Shown in pieces: positions 47,000 through 53,911 of a stretch of 53,911 nucleotides of DNA; the first letter of the stretch is position 1, and each line of letters begins with the position of its first letter. This stretch comes from Chloroflexota bacterium (GTDB lineage: Bacteria > Chloroflexota > Limnocylindria > P2-11E), in NCBI GenBank assembly GCA_028876375.1, contig JAGWSB010000004.1, positions 1 through 53,911 on the forward strand, written 5' to 3'. The position numbers and the translations under genes are program-made. The notes below the pieces were generated by a model. The model saw nothing but the letters and a program-made list of their open reading frames with translations. It made no database searches and was not told the origin of the DNA.

Positions 47000-48073
47000 A
47001 TGGCCGCGCAGCACGACGGTGGACCGGTCCTGGTCGCTGAGGACGATCTCGAGCTCCTCGGCAAGCTCCGCGAGGCGCTACGCGCCGAAGACCTTCTCGT
47101 CGTCGCCTCCCGCAGCGTGCGCGCCGCGGTCGAGGCCGGCGCGTTCCACCGCCCCGCCGTCGTCGTCGTCGACCTCGGCATGGACGGCGGCCGCGGCTGG
47201 GAGCTGCTCCACGCCATGGGCAGCCGCCCCGGCACCGCGGTGCTCGCGCTCGACCGGCGCGGCGACCAGCTGGTGCGGCGTGGCGCGTTCTCCGCGGGTG
47301 CCGCCGACGTCGCCGGGCCACCGCTCGATGCGGCCGAGATCGCGGCGCGCGCGCGGTCGCTGTACCGCCGCGAACGCGGCGACGGCGACCCGGGTCCGGT
47401 GCTCCGACACCGCGACCTCGTGCTCGACGTTCCGCTCCACGAGGTGCGCGTCGGCGGTCGGCCGACCACGCTCACGCCGCAGCAGTTCGCCATCCTCCGC
47501 GCGCTCCTCGAGGCCCGCGGGGCAACGCTGCACCGCTCCCAGCTGCTCGCGCGCATCGCGGCCGTCGACGACGAGCCGCCCTCGGAGCGCGCGGTCGACC
47601 TCCACGTCTCGCGTCTGCGCCGCCGCCTCGGAGTGGGCAAGGACCACCACCGCTACATCGAGGCGGTGTACGGCATCGGCTACCGCTTGGCCGCGACGGA
47701 TGCGCCTGCCGCGCTCCCGTCCGACGTCGCGAACAGCGTTCTCGACGCGGTGACCGAAGGCGTCCTGGTGGTCGATCCGAGCATGCGCATCCGGGCCGCC
47801 AATCGCGCCGCGATGCGCACGCTCGAGCGCGAGGATCTGGTCGGCAGGCCGTGCGAAGAGGTCATGGGCTGCCGCACGCCGGAGGGGAACACGATCACCG
47901 GTCCGACGTGTCTCGGACGCGCCGTCCTCGCCGGAGGCGGAGCGATCCCGCGCGTGCCGATGTGCGTGCGATCGAACGGCTCCTTCATCGACGTCGACCT
48001 CTCGCACACCGCCGTGCACGTCGACGGCGGCAACACCCTGTTGGCCATCGAGGTCCGGCACAAGCCCGACTGA
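47000..48073 (+). CDS. Hybrid regulator: atypical receiver + OmpR-type winged HTH + Cys-rich PAS
   Basis: VLVAEDD...VVDLGM; ERAVDLHVSRLRRRL, YGIGYRL; LDAVTEGVLVVD..ANRAA..GRPCEEVMGC. Confidence 0.85.
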   Translation: MAAQHDGGPVLVAEDDLELLGKLREALRAEDLLVVASRSVRAAVEAGAFHRPAVVVVDLGMDGGRGWELLHAMGSRPGTAVLALDRRGDQLVRRGAFSAGAADVAGPPLDAAEIAARARSLYRRERGDGDPGPVLRHRDLVLDVPLHEVRVGGRPTTLTPQQFAILRALLEARGATLHRSQLLARIAAVDDEPPSERAVDLHVSRLRRRLGVGKDHHRYIEAVYGIGYRLAATDAPAALPSDVANSVLDAVTEGVLVVDPSMRIRAANRAAMRTLEREDLVGRPCEEVMGCRTPEGNTITGPTCLGRAVLAGGGAIPRVPMCVRSNGSFIDVDLSHTAVHVDGGNTLLAIEVRHKPD

Positions 48074-48109
48074 CATCGAACGGACGATCTTCGTCCGTAC
48101 GGTGCGCGC

Positions 48110-48544
48110 ATGGCCGCATCCGGTACCCAGCTCCGACCGAGATCGCTGACCGTCGCTGACGCGGAAGCACTGGCCGCGCTTTCGCTGAAGCTGGGCGGAA
48201 GCGAGACGGTCGCGCAGTGGGTGGCCTTCTTCGGGCGTCCCCACGCCATCGCCGTCGGGTCGATCGCCGACGGCCACATCGTCGGGTACGCCGCCGGAGA
48301 GGTCCGCACCGGGTTCGGCCTGCCGAAGCCGGTCGCCTGGGTCGAGGCGTTCGGGATCGATCTCGAATACCGCGGCGCAGGTCTGGGCCGCACCCTCCTC
48401 GGCGAGCTCCTCCGTCGAGCCGCCACGCTCGGTGCGGCCCACATCTACACGCTCGTGCCCGTGCACGACCGCGTTCTCGCGCCCTTCTTCCGGCAGCTCG
48501 GCTTCCGCGACGAACCGCTCAGTTGTTTGGGGTGTTCGCTATGA
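48110..48544 (+). CDS. GNAT acetyltransferase (BadL-like)
   Basis: VGYAAGEVR, YRGAGLGRTLL acetyl-CoA loop, FFRQLGF; coupled to bcrC. Confidence 0.8.
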   Translation: MAASGTQLRPRSLTVADAEALAALSLKLGGSETVAQWVAFFGRPHAIAVGSIADGHIVGYAAGEVRTGFGLPKPVAWVEAFGIDLEYRGAGLGRTLLGELLRRAATLGAAHIYTLVPVHDRVLAPFFRQLGFRDEPLSCLGCSL

Positions 48545-49701
48545 CGATGACCTTCGAGAGCTACCGCGACGTCATCGAGGATCGTGAGTACCCGACCGTG
48601 CGCGAGTGGCGCGATCGGACCGGCGGCAAGGTGATCGGGTGCTTCCCCGTGTACGCGCCCGTCGAGGTGCCGTACAGCCTGGGGATGCTCCCGATCGGCC
48701 TCTTCGGCGGCGGCAACCGCGTGGAGATCGCCAACGCCGACTCACGGTTCCAGTCGTTCATCTGCTCGATCGTGAAGAGCACGCTCGAGCTCGGCTTCAT
48801 CGGCAAGCTCGACGTCCTCGACGGCCTGATGTTCCACTCCATCTGCGACCCGGCCCGGAACCTGGCGAGCGTGATGGGGCGGAACTTCCCGCAGCGGCCG
48901 GCGGTGTTCGTCCACCTGCCGCAGAACTTCCAGTCCCCCTTGGCCGCGCAGTACATGGCGACCGAGCTGCGGCGCGCCGCGGACGAGCTCGGCGCGATCG
49001 CCGGCCGCAAGGCCCGCGACGAGGACCTCGCCGCGGCGATCGTGGCGTACGACAAGGTGCGCGAGCTCCAGCGGCGCCTCTACGCTCTCCGCAGCTCCTC
49101 GCCGGAGCGCATCTCGACGAGCGAGCTGTACACGCTCTCGCGCCTCGCGACCCTCATGGATCCCAAGGACGTCGCCCCCATCCTCGAGGCGGCGCTCGCC
49201 GGCGCGATCAAGAGGACGGAGCGCCCCAAGGACCGCATCCGCGTCGTCCTCGCCGGATCCTTCTGCGAGCAGCCACCGCTCGAGCTCATCGAGAGCCTCG
49301 AGCAGGCCGGCTGCTACATCGTCGACGACGACTTCCTGCTCGGTTGGCGCACGCAGCGTCACCCGATCGAGGTGAACGGCGATCCTTTCCTCGCGCTCGG
49401 GAACGCGTACGTGAACGATTCACACCACCTGAGCCCCAAGCACGACCTGCGCAAGCCGCGAGCGGCGGGGCTCATCGAGAGCGCCAAGGCGAACCGCGCG
49501 GACGCGGTCATCTTCCTCGGCGCGAAGTTCTGCGAGCCCGGCCTGTTCGACTACGCGCTCTATCGGAAGGCACTCGAGACGAGCTCGATCCCGCATCTCA
49601 TGCTCGAGTTCGAAGAGAAGATGTGGCTGTACGACCGCATCCGCAGCGAGGTCGAGACGTTCGTCGAGTCGATGCTGTTTGCGGAGGCGAAAGCGTCATG
49701 A
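48541..49701 (+). CDS. bcrC: Class I benzoyl-CoA reductase subunit C (HgdB family)
   Basis: [52 protein letters not shown]. Confidence 0.85.
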   Translation: MTMTFESYRDVIEDREYPTVREWRDRTGGKVIGCFPVYAPVEVPYSLGMLPIGLFGGGNRVEIANADSRFQSFICSIVKSTLELGFIGKLDVLDGLMFHSICDPARNLASVMGRNFPQRPAVFVHLPQNFQSPLAAQYMATELRRAADELGAIAGRKARDEDLAAAIVAYDKVRELQRRLYALRSSSPERISTSELYTLSRLATLMDPKDVAPILEAALAGAIKRTERPKDRIRVVLAGSFCEQPPLELIESLEQAGCYIVDDDFLLGWRTQRHPIEVNGDPFLALGNAYVNDSHHLSPKHDLRKPRAAGLIESAKANRADAVIFLGAKFCEPGLFDYALYRKALETSSIPHLMLEFEEKMWLYDRIRSEVETFVESMLFAEAKAS

Positions 49702-51029
49702 CGCCAGCAACGACCGCGACACCGACGAAGAAGCCCGCGGCGGACGCCAAGCCCGCCGCGCCGGCGATCAAGTACCAGGGCACCGTCCACGAGCTGCAGA
49801 AGCAGCTCATGAGCAAGTACTACGCGGACCTCACGAGCATCGCCGAGGGCGGCCCCGGGCGGAGCGCGCAGCTCCTCATCGCGGGCAACCCGGTCGAGGT
49901 CCTCCGCACGTTCGACATGATCCCCGTGTTCCCCGAGATCAACGCGCTCCAGCTCGCCGTGCGCAAGAACTCGCTCCCGCTCATCCAGAAGGCCGAGGAG
50001 CTCGGGTACTCCACCGACAACTGCGCCTACGTGAAGGCCGACATCGGCATGTGGGAGAACGGCGGCAAGACGCCGTTCGCCACCATCCCCAAGCCCGACG
50101 TCCTCGTCTGCAACTACGTCGGGTGCAACGTCTACCTCAACTGGTTCGAGCATCTCGCCGAGAAGGTCGGGTCGCCGGCCATCAACATCGACATCCCGTT
50201 CATGCGGACGAAGGACGGCCAGCCCGCGGAGGGCGACGTAGAGTACGTCGTCGCGCAGCTCAAGGAGCTCGTGAAGCTCCTCGAGAAGGTCACCGGGATG
50301 CCGTTCGACGAGGACAAGTTCGTCAAGATCGTGGAGCGCTCCTCGCGCGTCGGCCAGCTGTGGTCGCAGATCCGCGACCTCACGAAGAAGCGCCCGACGC
50401 CGTACGACGCGTACTTCGACTCGGTCACGATGATGGCGCCGCTCTACTGCCTCCGCGGCACGGAGGAGGCCGTCGACTTCTTCGAGCGGACGCTCGAGGA
50501 GATGACGGCGAAGGTCGAGCGCGGCGAAGGCGCGCTCCCCGACGGGGAGAAGTTCCGCATCGTCATCGAGGGCCCGCCGCCGTGGCCCTTCCTGCGCGTC
50601 TTCCGCGACATGTTCAGCCGCTGGGGCGCGGTCGCGGTCGCCTCGACGTACGCGACGGTCGGCGGCATCTGGGAGTTCGGGTTCCATCACGACCCCGCGC
50701 ACCCGTTCGAGAGCGTGGCCAAGCACATGATCGAGGCCAACCTCTGCAACCGCTCGATGCTCCAGCGGTACGACCAGATCTGGCGGTACGCGCAGGAGTG
50801 GAGCGCCGACGCGCTCGTCATCCACTCCGTCAAGAGCTGCCGCCTCTTCTCCGCGGGGCAGGGCGACATGCGCGAGCACTTCGTGCACGACCGCGACCTG
50901 CCGACGCTGCTCATCGAGTCGGACCTCGAGGACCCGCGCTACTTCTCGCAGGCGCAGCTGCGCAACCGCATCGACGCGTTCTTCGAGGCGCTGGAGCAGA
51001 GGCGCATCACCGGAGGGAAAGCGGCATGA
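49698..51029 (+). CDS. bcrB: Class I benzoyl-CoA reductase subunit B (HgdA family)
   Basis: [55 protein letters not shown]. Confidence 0.87.
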   Translation: MTPATTATPTKKPAADAKPAAPAIKYQGTVHELQKQLMSKYYADLTSIAEGGPGRSAQLLIAGNPVEVLRTFDMIPVFPEINALQLAVRKNSLPLIQKAEELGYSTDNCAYVKADIGMWENGGKTPFATIPKPDVLVCNYVGCNVYLNWFEHLAEKVGSPAINIDIPFMRTKDGQPAEGDVEYVVAQLKELVKLLEKVTGMPFDEDKFVKIVERSSRVGQLWSQIRDLTKKRPTPYDAYFDSVTMMAPLYCLRGTEEAVDFFERTLEEMTAKVERGEGALPDGEKFRIVIEGPPPWPFLRVFRDMFSRWGAVAVASTYATVGGIWEFGFHHDPAHPFESVAKHMIEANLCNRSMLQRYDQIWRYAQEWSADALVIHSVKSCRLFSAGQGDMREHFVHDRDLPTLLIESDLEDPRYFSQAQLRNRIDAFFEALEQRRITGGKAA

Positions 51030-51838
51030 GCGAAGGGATGAGATACAGCGCGGGCGTCGACGTCGGGTCGACGCAGACCAAGGCGGTCATCCTCGACGAG
51101 ACGGGCGCCATCGTCGCGCGCGCCCTCACCGACACCGGGGCGTACCTCGTGCGCGCCGCGGAGCGCGCCTACGAGCAGGCGCTCCAGTCGGCGGGGGTCC
51201 ATCGCGAGCAGGTCGGCTACGTCATCGGCACCGGGTACGGCCGGTTCAACGTCGCGTTCGGCGACGCGCAGGTCACGGAGATCGGCTGTCACGCCAAGGG
51301 GGCGTGGTCGATCTTCCCGAACACGCGGACCGTCATCGACATCGGCGGCCAGGACACGAAGGCCATCGCCGTCTCCGACCGCGGCGAGGTGCTCGACTTC
51401 GCGATGAACGACAAGTGCGCCGCCGGGAGCGGGCGGTTCCTCACCAACTCGGCCGAAGCGTGCGGCATGGACGTGTCGCAGATGGGGGAGAAGTCCCTCA
51501 CCGCGAAGAATCCGGTGCGCCTGTCCACCGTGTGCACCGTCTTCGTCGAGTCGGACATCCTCTCGTACATGGCCCAGGGCAAGAAGATCGACGACATCCT
51601 CGCCGGCGTCCACTCCGCCATCGCGTCCCGCACCGTCGCCCTCGTGCGCCGCGTCGGCTCCAAGGAAGAGGTCACCTTCACCGGCGGCGTCTCGCGGAAC
51701 ATCGGCATGCGGCAGGCGATCGAGGAGAAGCTCGGCGTCAAGATCAACGCGAGCGGCGATTCCCACTACACGGGCGCCATCGGCGCCGCGGTCTTCGCGC
51801 TCGAGCGCATGAAGGCCGCGCCCGCCGCGGTGGCATAG
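51026..51838 (+). CDS. Benzoyl-CoA reductase ATPase/activase subunit (BcrA/BzdQ/HgdC family)
   Basis: [50 protein letters not shown]. Confidence 0.88.
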   Translation: MSEGMRYSAGVDVGSTQTKAVILDETGAIVARALTDTGAYLVRAAERAYEQALQSAGVHREQVGYVIGTGYGRFNVAFGDAQVTEIGCHAKGAWSIFPNTRTVIDIGGQDTKAIAVSDRGEVLDFAMNDKCAAGSGRFLTNSAEACGMDVSQMGEKSLTAKNPVRLSTVCTVFVESDILSYMAQGKKIDDILAGVHSAIASRTVALVRRVGSKEEVTFTGGVSRNIGMRQAIEEKLGVKINASGDSHYTGAIGAAVFALERMKAAPAAVA

Positions 51839-51847
51839 GAGGGCGGA

Positions 51848-52654
51848 ATGAGCCTCATCGCAGGGGTCGACATGGGAGCGCGCAGCGCCAAGGCGGTCGT
51901 CATCGACCGCAGCGGCGTCATGCGCGGGAACGCGATCGGCCGGATGCGTCCGGACTTCGAGGGCCTCGCGAGCGAGGTCGTCGACAAGGCGGTCGCCATG
52001 GCGGGGGCCAAGCGGAGCGACGTCGACTACGTCGCGACGACCGGCCTCGGCCGCTACAACGTGAGCTTCCGCGACATCCAGATCACCGACATCACGACCG
52101 TCGCGCGCGGCGCGGCGCACCTCTTCCCGAACACGCGCTGCGTCATCGACATCGGCGCCCAGAGCACGCGCGCGATCCGCATCCTCGAGGGCGGCCGGGT
52201 CAAGGAGTTCCGCTCCAACGACAAATGCGCCGCCGGCGCCGGCGGGTTCGCCGAGCGGACCGCGCGGTACCTCGAGGTCAAGCTCGACGACCTCGGCGCT
52301 CTCTCCGAGCACGCCGAGTCGGCGCAGGAGATCTCCTCGGTGTGCGCCGTCTTCGCCGAGTCCGAGATCATCAACCTCGTCACGGCGGGGCACTCCGTCG
52401 AGAACATCATCCGCGGCGTCCACAACTCGCTCGGCCAGCGCGCGCAGCAGCTGCTCAAGCGCGTCGGGATCGAGCCGGAGATCACGTTCGTCGGCGGGAT
52501 GGCGAAGCAGAGCGGCATGGTCAAGGCGCTCGAGGCGGCGCTCGGCATGCAGGTGAACGTCGCCGCCGACCCCGACCTCGTCGCGGCGCTCGGCGCCGCG
52601 CTCCTCGGCCTGCAGCGCTCGACGCGCGCCGGCGAGGAGAGGAGGGCCGCATGA
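51848..52654 (+). CDS. Second benzoyl-CoA reductase ATPase subunit (BcrD/BzdP family)
   Basis: GVDMGA, ATTGLGR, ARGA, DIGAQ, NDKCAAGAG, CAVFAESE. Confidence 0.85.
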   Translation: MSLIAGVDMGARSAKAVVIDRSGVMRGNAIGRMRPDFEGLASEVVDKAVAMAGAKRSDVDYVATTGLGRYNVSFRDIQITDITTVARGAAHLFPNTRCVIDIGAQSTRAIRILEGGRVKEFRSNDKCAAGAGGFAERTARYLEVKLDDLGALSEHAESAQEISSVCAVFAESEIINLVTAGHSVENIIRGVHNSLGQRAQQLLKRVGIEPEITFVGGMAKQSGMVKALEAALGMQVNVAADPDLVAALGAALLGLQRSTRAGEERRAA

Positions 52655-53619
52655 GCGTCATCGCTCCGCGCGCGCCGAGCGAGCTCGGCTTCAAGGACGT
52701 CATCTACAAGAAGGACGGCTGGGTCGCGACGGTGATGATCGACCGTCCCGAGGCCTACAACTCGTACACCGTCTCGACCCTCAGGGAGATCGCGGAGGCG
52801 TTCAAGGACATCTCGCGCGACGACCACATCGCGGTCGGCGTCCTCACCGGGGCCGGGGACACGGCCTTCTGCACCGGCGGCGACGTCAAGGAGTACGCCT
52901 CCGAGTACACGCAGCGGCCGCGCGACTACTGGAAGTACATGACCTACTTCATCGACGCGATCGACGCGATCAAGAACTGCGGCAAGCCGACGATCGCGCG
53001 CGTCAACGGGATGGCCGTCGGCGGCGGCAACGAGATGAACTCCGCGTGCGACCTCGCCATCGCGGCCGAGCACGCGCGCTTCAAGCAGGTCGGCGTGCAG
53101 GTCGGGAGCGTCGCGGCCGGAGGCGCCACGCAGTGGCTGCCCATCATCATCGGGGACCGTCGCGCGCGCGAGATGCTCATGACCTGCGAGTTCATCGACG
53201 CCAAGACCGCCCTCGACTGGGGCCTCGTCAACCAGGTCGTGCCCAAGGAGCAGCTCGACGACGCGGTCGCCAAGCTCGCGGCGAAGCTCGTCGATACCTT
53301 CCCCGAGTGCATGCGCTACACGAAGACGCAGGCGAACTTCTGGAAGGACTTCGTGTGGTCGATGACCGGACCCCACGCGAAGGACTGGCTGTCGCTCCAC
53401 TTCGCGGCGCTCGAGCCGTACGAAGGAATGACGGCCTTCACCCAGAAGCGCAAGGCCGACCGCGTCGGGATCCGCGAGCGCGCGGCGTCCGGCGGATCGA
53501 GCGAGTTCGTCTGGGGCCCCAACGCCCGCACCTGCCCCAAGTGCAAGGCCGAGGGTCTTCCCGCGGCCTTCGCCTTCTGCGGCAAGTGCGGCGCCGCGCT
53601 TCCGGCGAACGGAGGGTGA
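52651..53619 (+). CDS. Crotonase-family ring-opening hydrolase, 6-oxocyclohex-1-ene-1-carbonyl-CoA hydrolase-like (Oah/BamA), with C-terminal Zn ribbon
   Basis: YNSYT, AFCTGGDVKEYA..Y..RP.DY.KYM, RVNGM.VGGG.E, FPEC; terminal CPKC...FCGKC. Confidence 0.78.
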   Translation: MSVIAPRAPSELGFKDVIYKKDGWVATVMIDRPEAYNSYTVSTLREIAEAFKDISRDDHIAVGVLTGAGDTAFCTGGDVKEYASEYTQRPRDYWKYMTYFIDAIDAIKNCGKPTIARVNGMAVGGGNEMNSACDLAIAAEHARFKQVGVQVGSVAAGGATQWLPIIIGDRRAREMLMTCEFIDAKTALDWGLVNQVVPKEQLDDAVAKLAAKLVDTFPECMRYTKTQANFWKDFVWSMTGPHAKDWLSLHFAALEPYEGMTAFTQKRKADRVGIRERAASGGSSEFVWGPNARTCPKCKAEGLPAAFAFCGKCGAALPANGG

Positions 53620-53623
53620 GGGC

Positions 53624-53911
53624 ATGACCCTCACCGCTCCGGCCCCCGTGGCCCAGCGTGAGCTGGAGGGCCGCGTCGCCATCGTCACCGGCGGGTCGAA
53701 GGGGATCGGTCAGGCCATCGTCCGGGAGCTCGCGGCGCGTGGAGCCGACATCGTCTTCACCTACCGCTCGGACGACGACGGGGCCCGCTCCACGATCGCC
53801 TCCGTCGACGGCGCGGGGCGGCGGGCCGTCGCCCAGCGGGCCGACATGCGGGAGGCGGGCGCCGCCGCGCACGTCGCGCAGGCGGCGAAGGACATCTTCG
53901 GCCGCCTCGAC
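53624..53911 (+). CDS. Partial short-chain dehydrogenase/reductase
   Basis: LEGRVAIVTGGSKGIG Rossmann motif, FGRLD; truncated by the window end. Confidence 0.88.
   Translation, partial: MTLTAPAPVAQRELEGRVAIVTGGSKGIGQAIVRELAARGADIVFTYRSDDDGARSTIASVDGAGRRAVAQRADMREAGAAAHVAQAAKDIFGRLD

Overview
Very GC-rich (about 70% by eye), gene-dense bacterial DNA. It is most likely from a monoderm Chloroflexota-like organism; this is an inference from lipoproteins, F420-type LLM genes, leaderless genes and small protein families. No rRNA, tRNA, CRISPR array or transposase was seen. The first ~18 kb is ordinary metabolism: a Liv-type ABC transporter, thioesterase, dUTPase-like protein, two LLM oxidoreductases, hutU/hutH, DAHP synthase, and a LigC + primase-polymerase pair. 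From ~18.3 kb to the end is a coherent low-oxygen island. It has a membrane-anchored DosS-like heme-GAF kinase and two DosR-like regulators. DosR-box-like palindromes (GGGNC-N4-GNCCC) lie upstream of many of the island's transcription units. The island encodes four USPs, Hsp20, a Zn-ADH, a hemerythrin-like protein, a GT4/GH130 pair, a LonC-like protease, a Mg P-type ATPase and DoxX. It also holds a candidate ~170-nt end-paired (6S-like) ncRNA and an NrfC/NrfD quinol-redox module with no catalytic subunit but with uncharacterised surface lipoproteins. A PCYCGC lipoprotein appears to read through UGA as selenocysteine (UxxC plus a SECIS-like hairpin). The island ends with a class I benzoyl-CoA reductase operon (bcrCB, two ATPase subunits, oah-like hydrolase, SDR). 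Three genes appear to start at non-canonical codons (CTG, CTG, ATC), and many genes look leaderless. All family assignments are from motif recognition by eye; no database searches were run.
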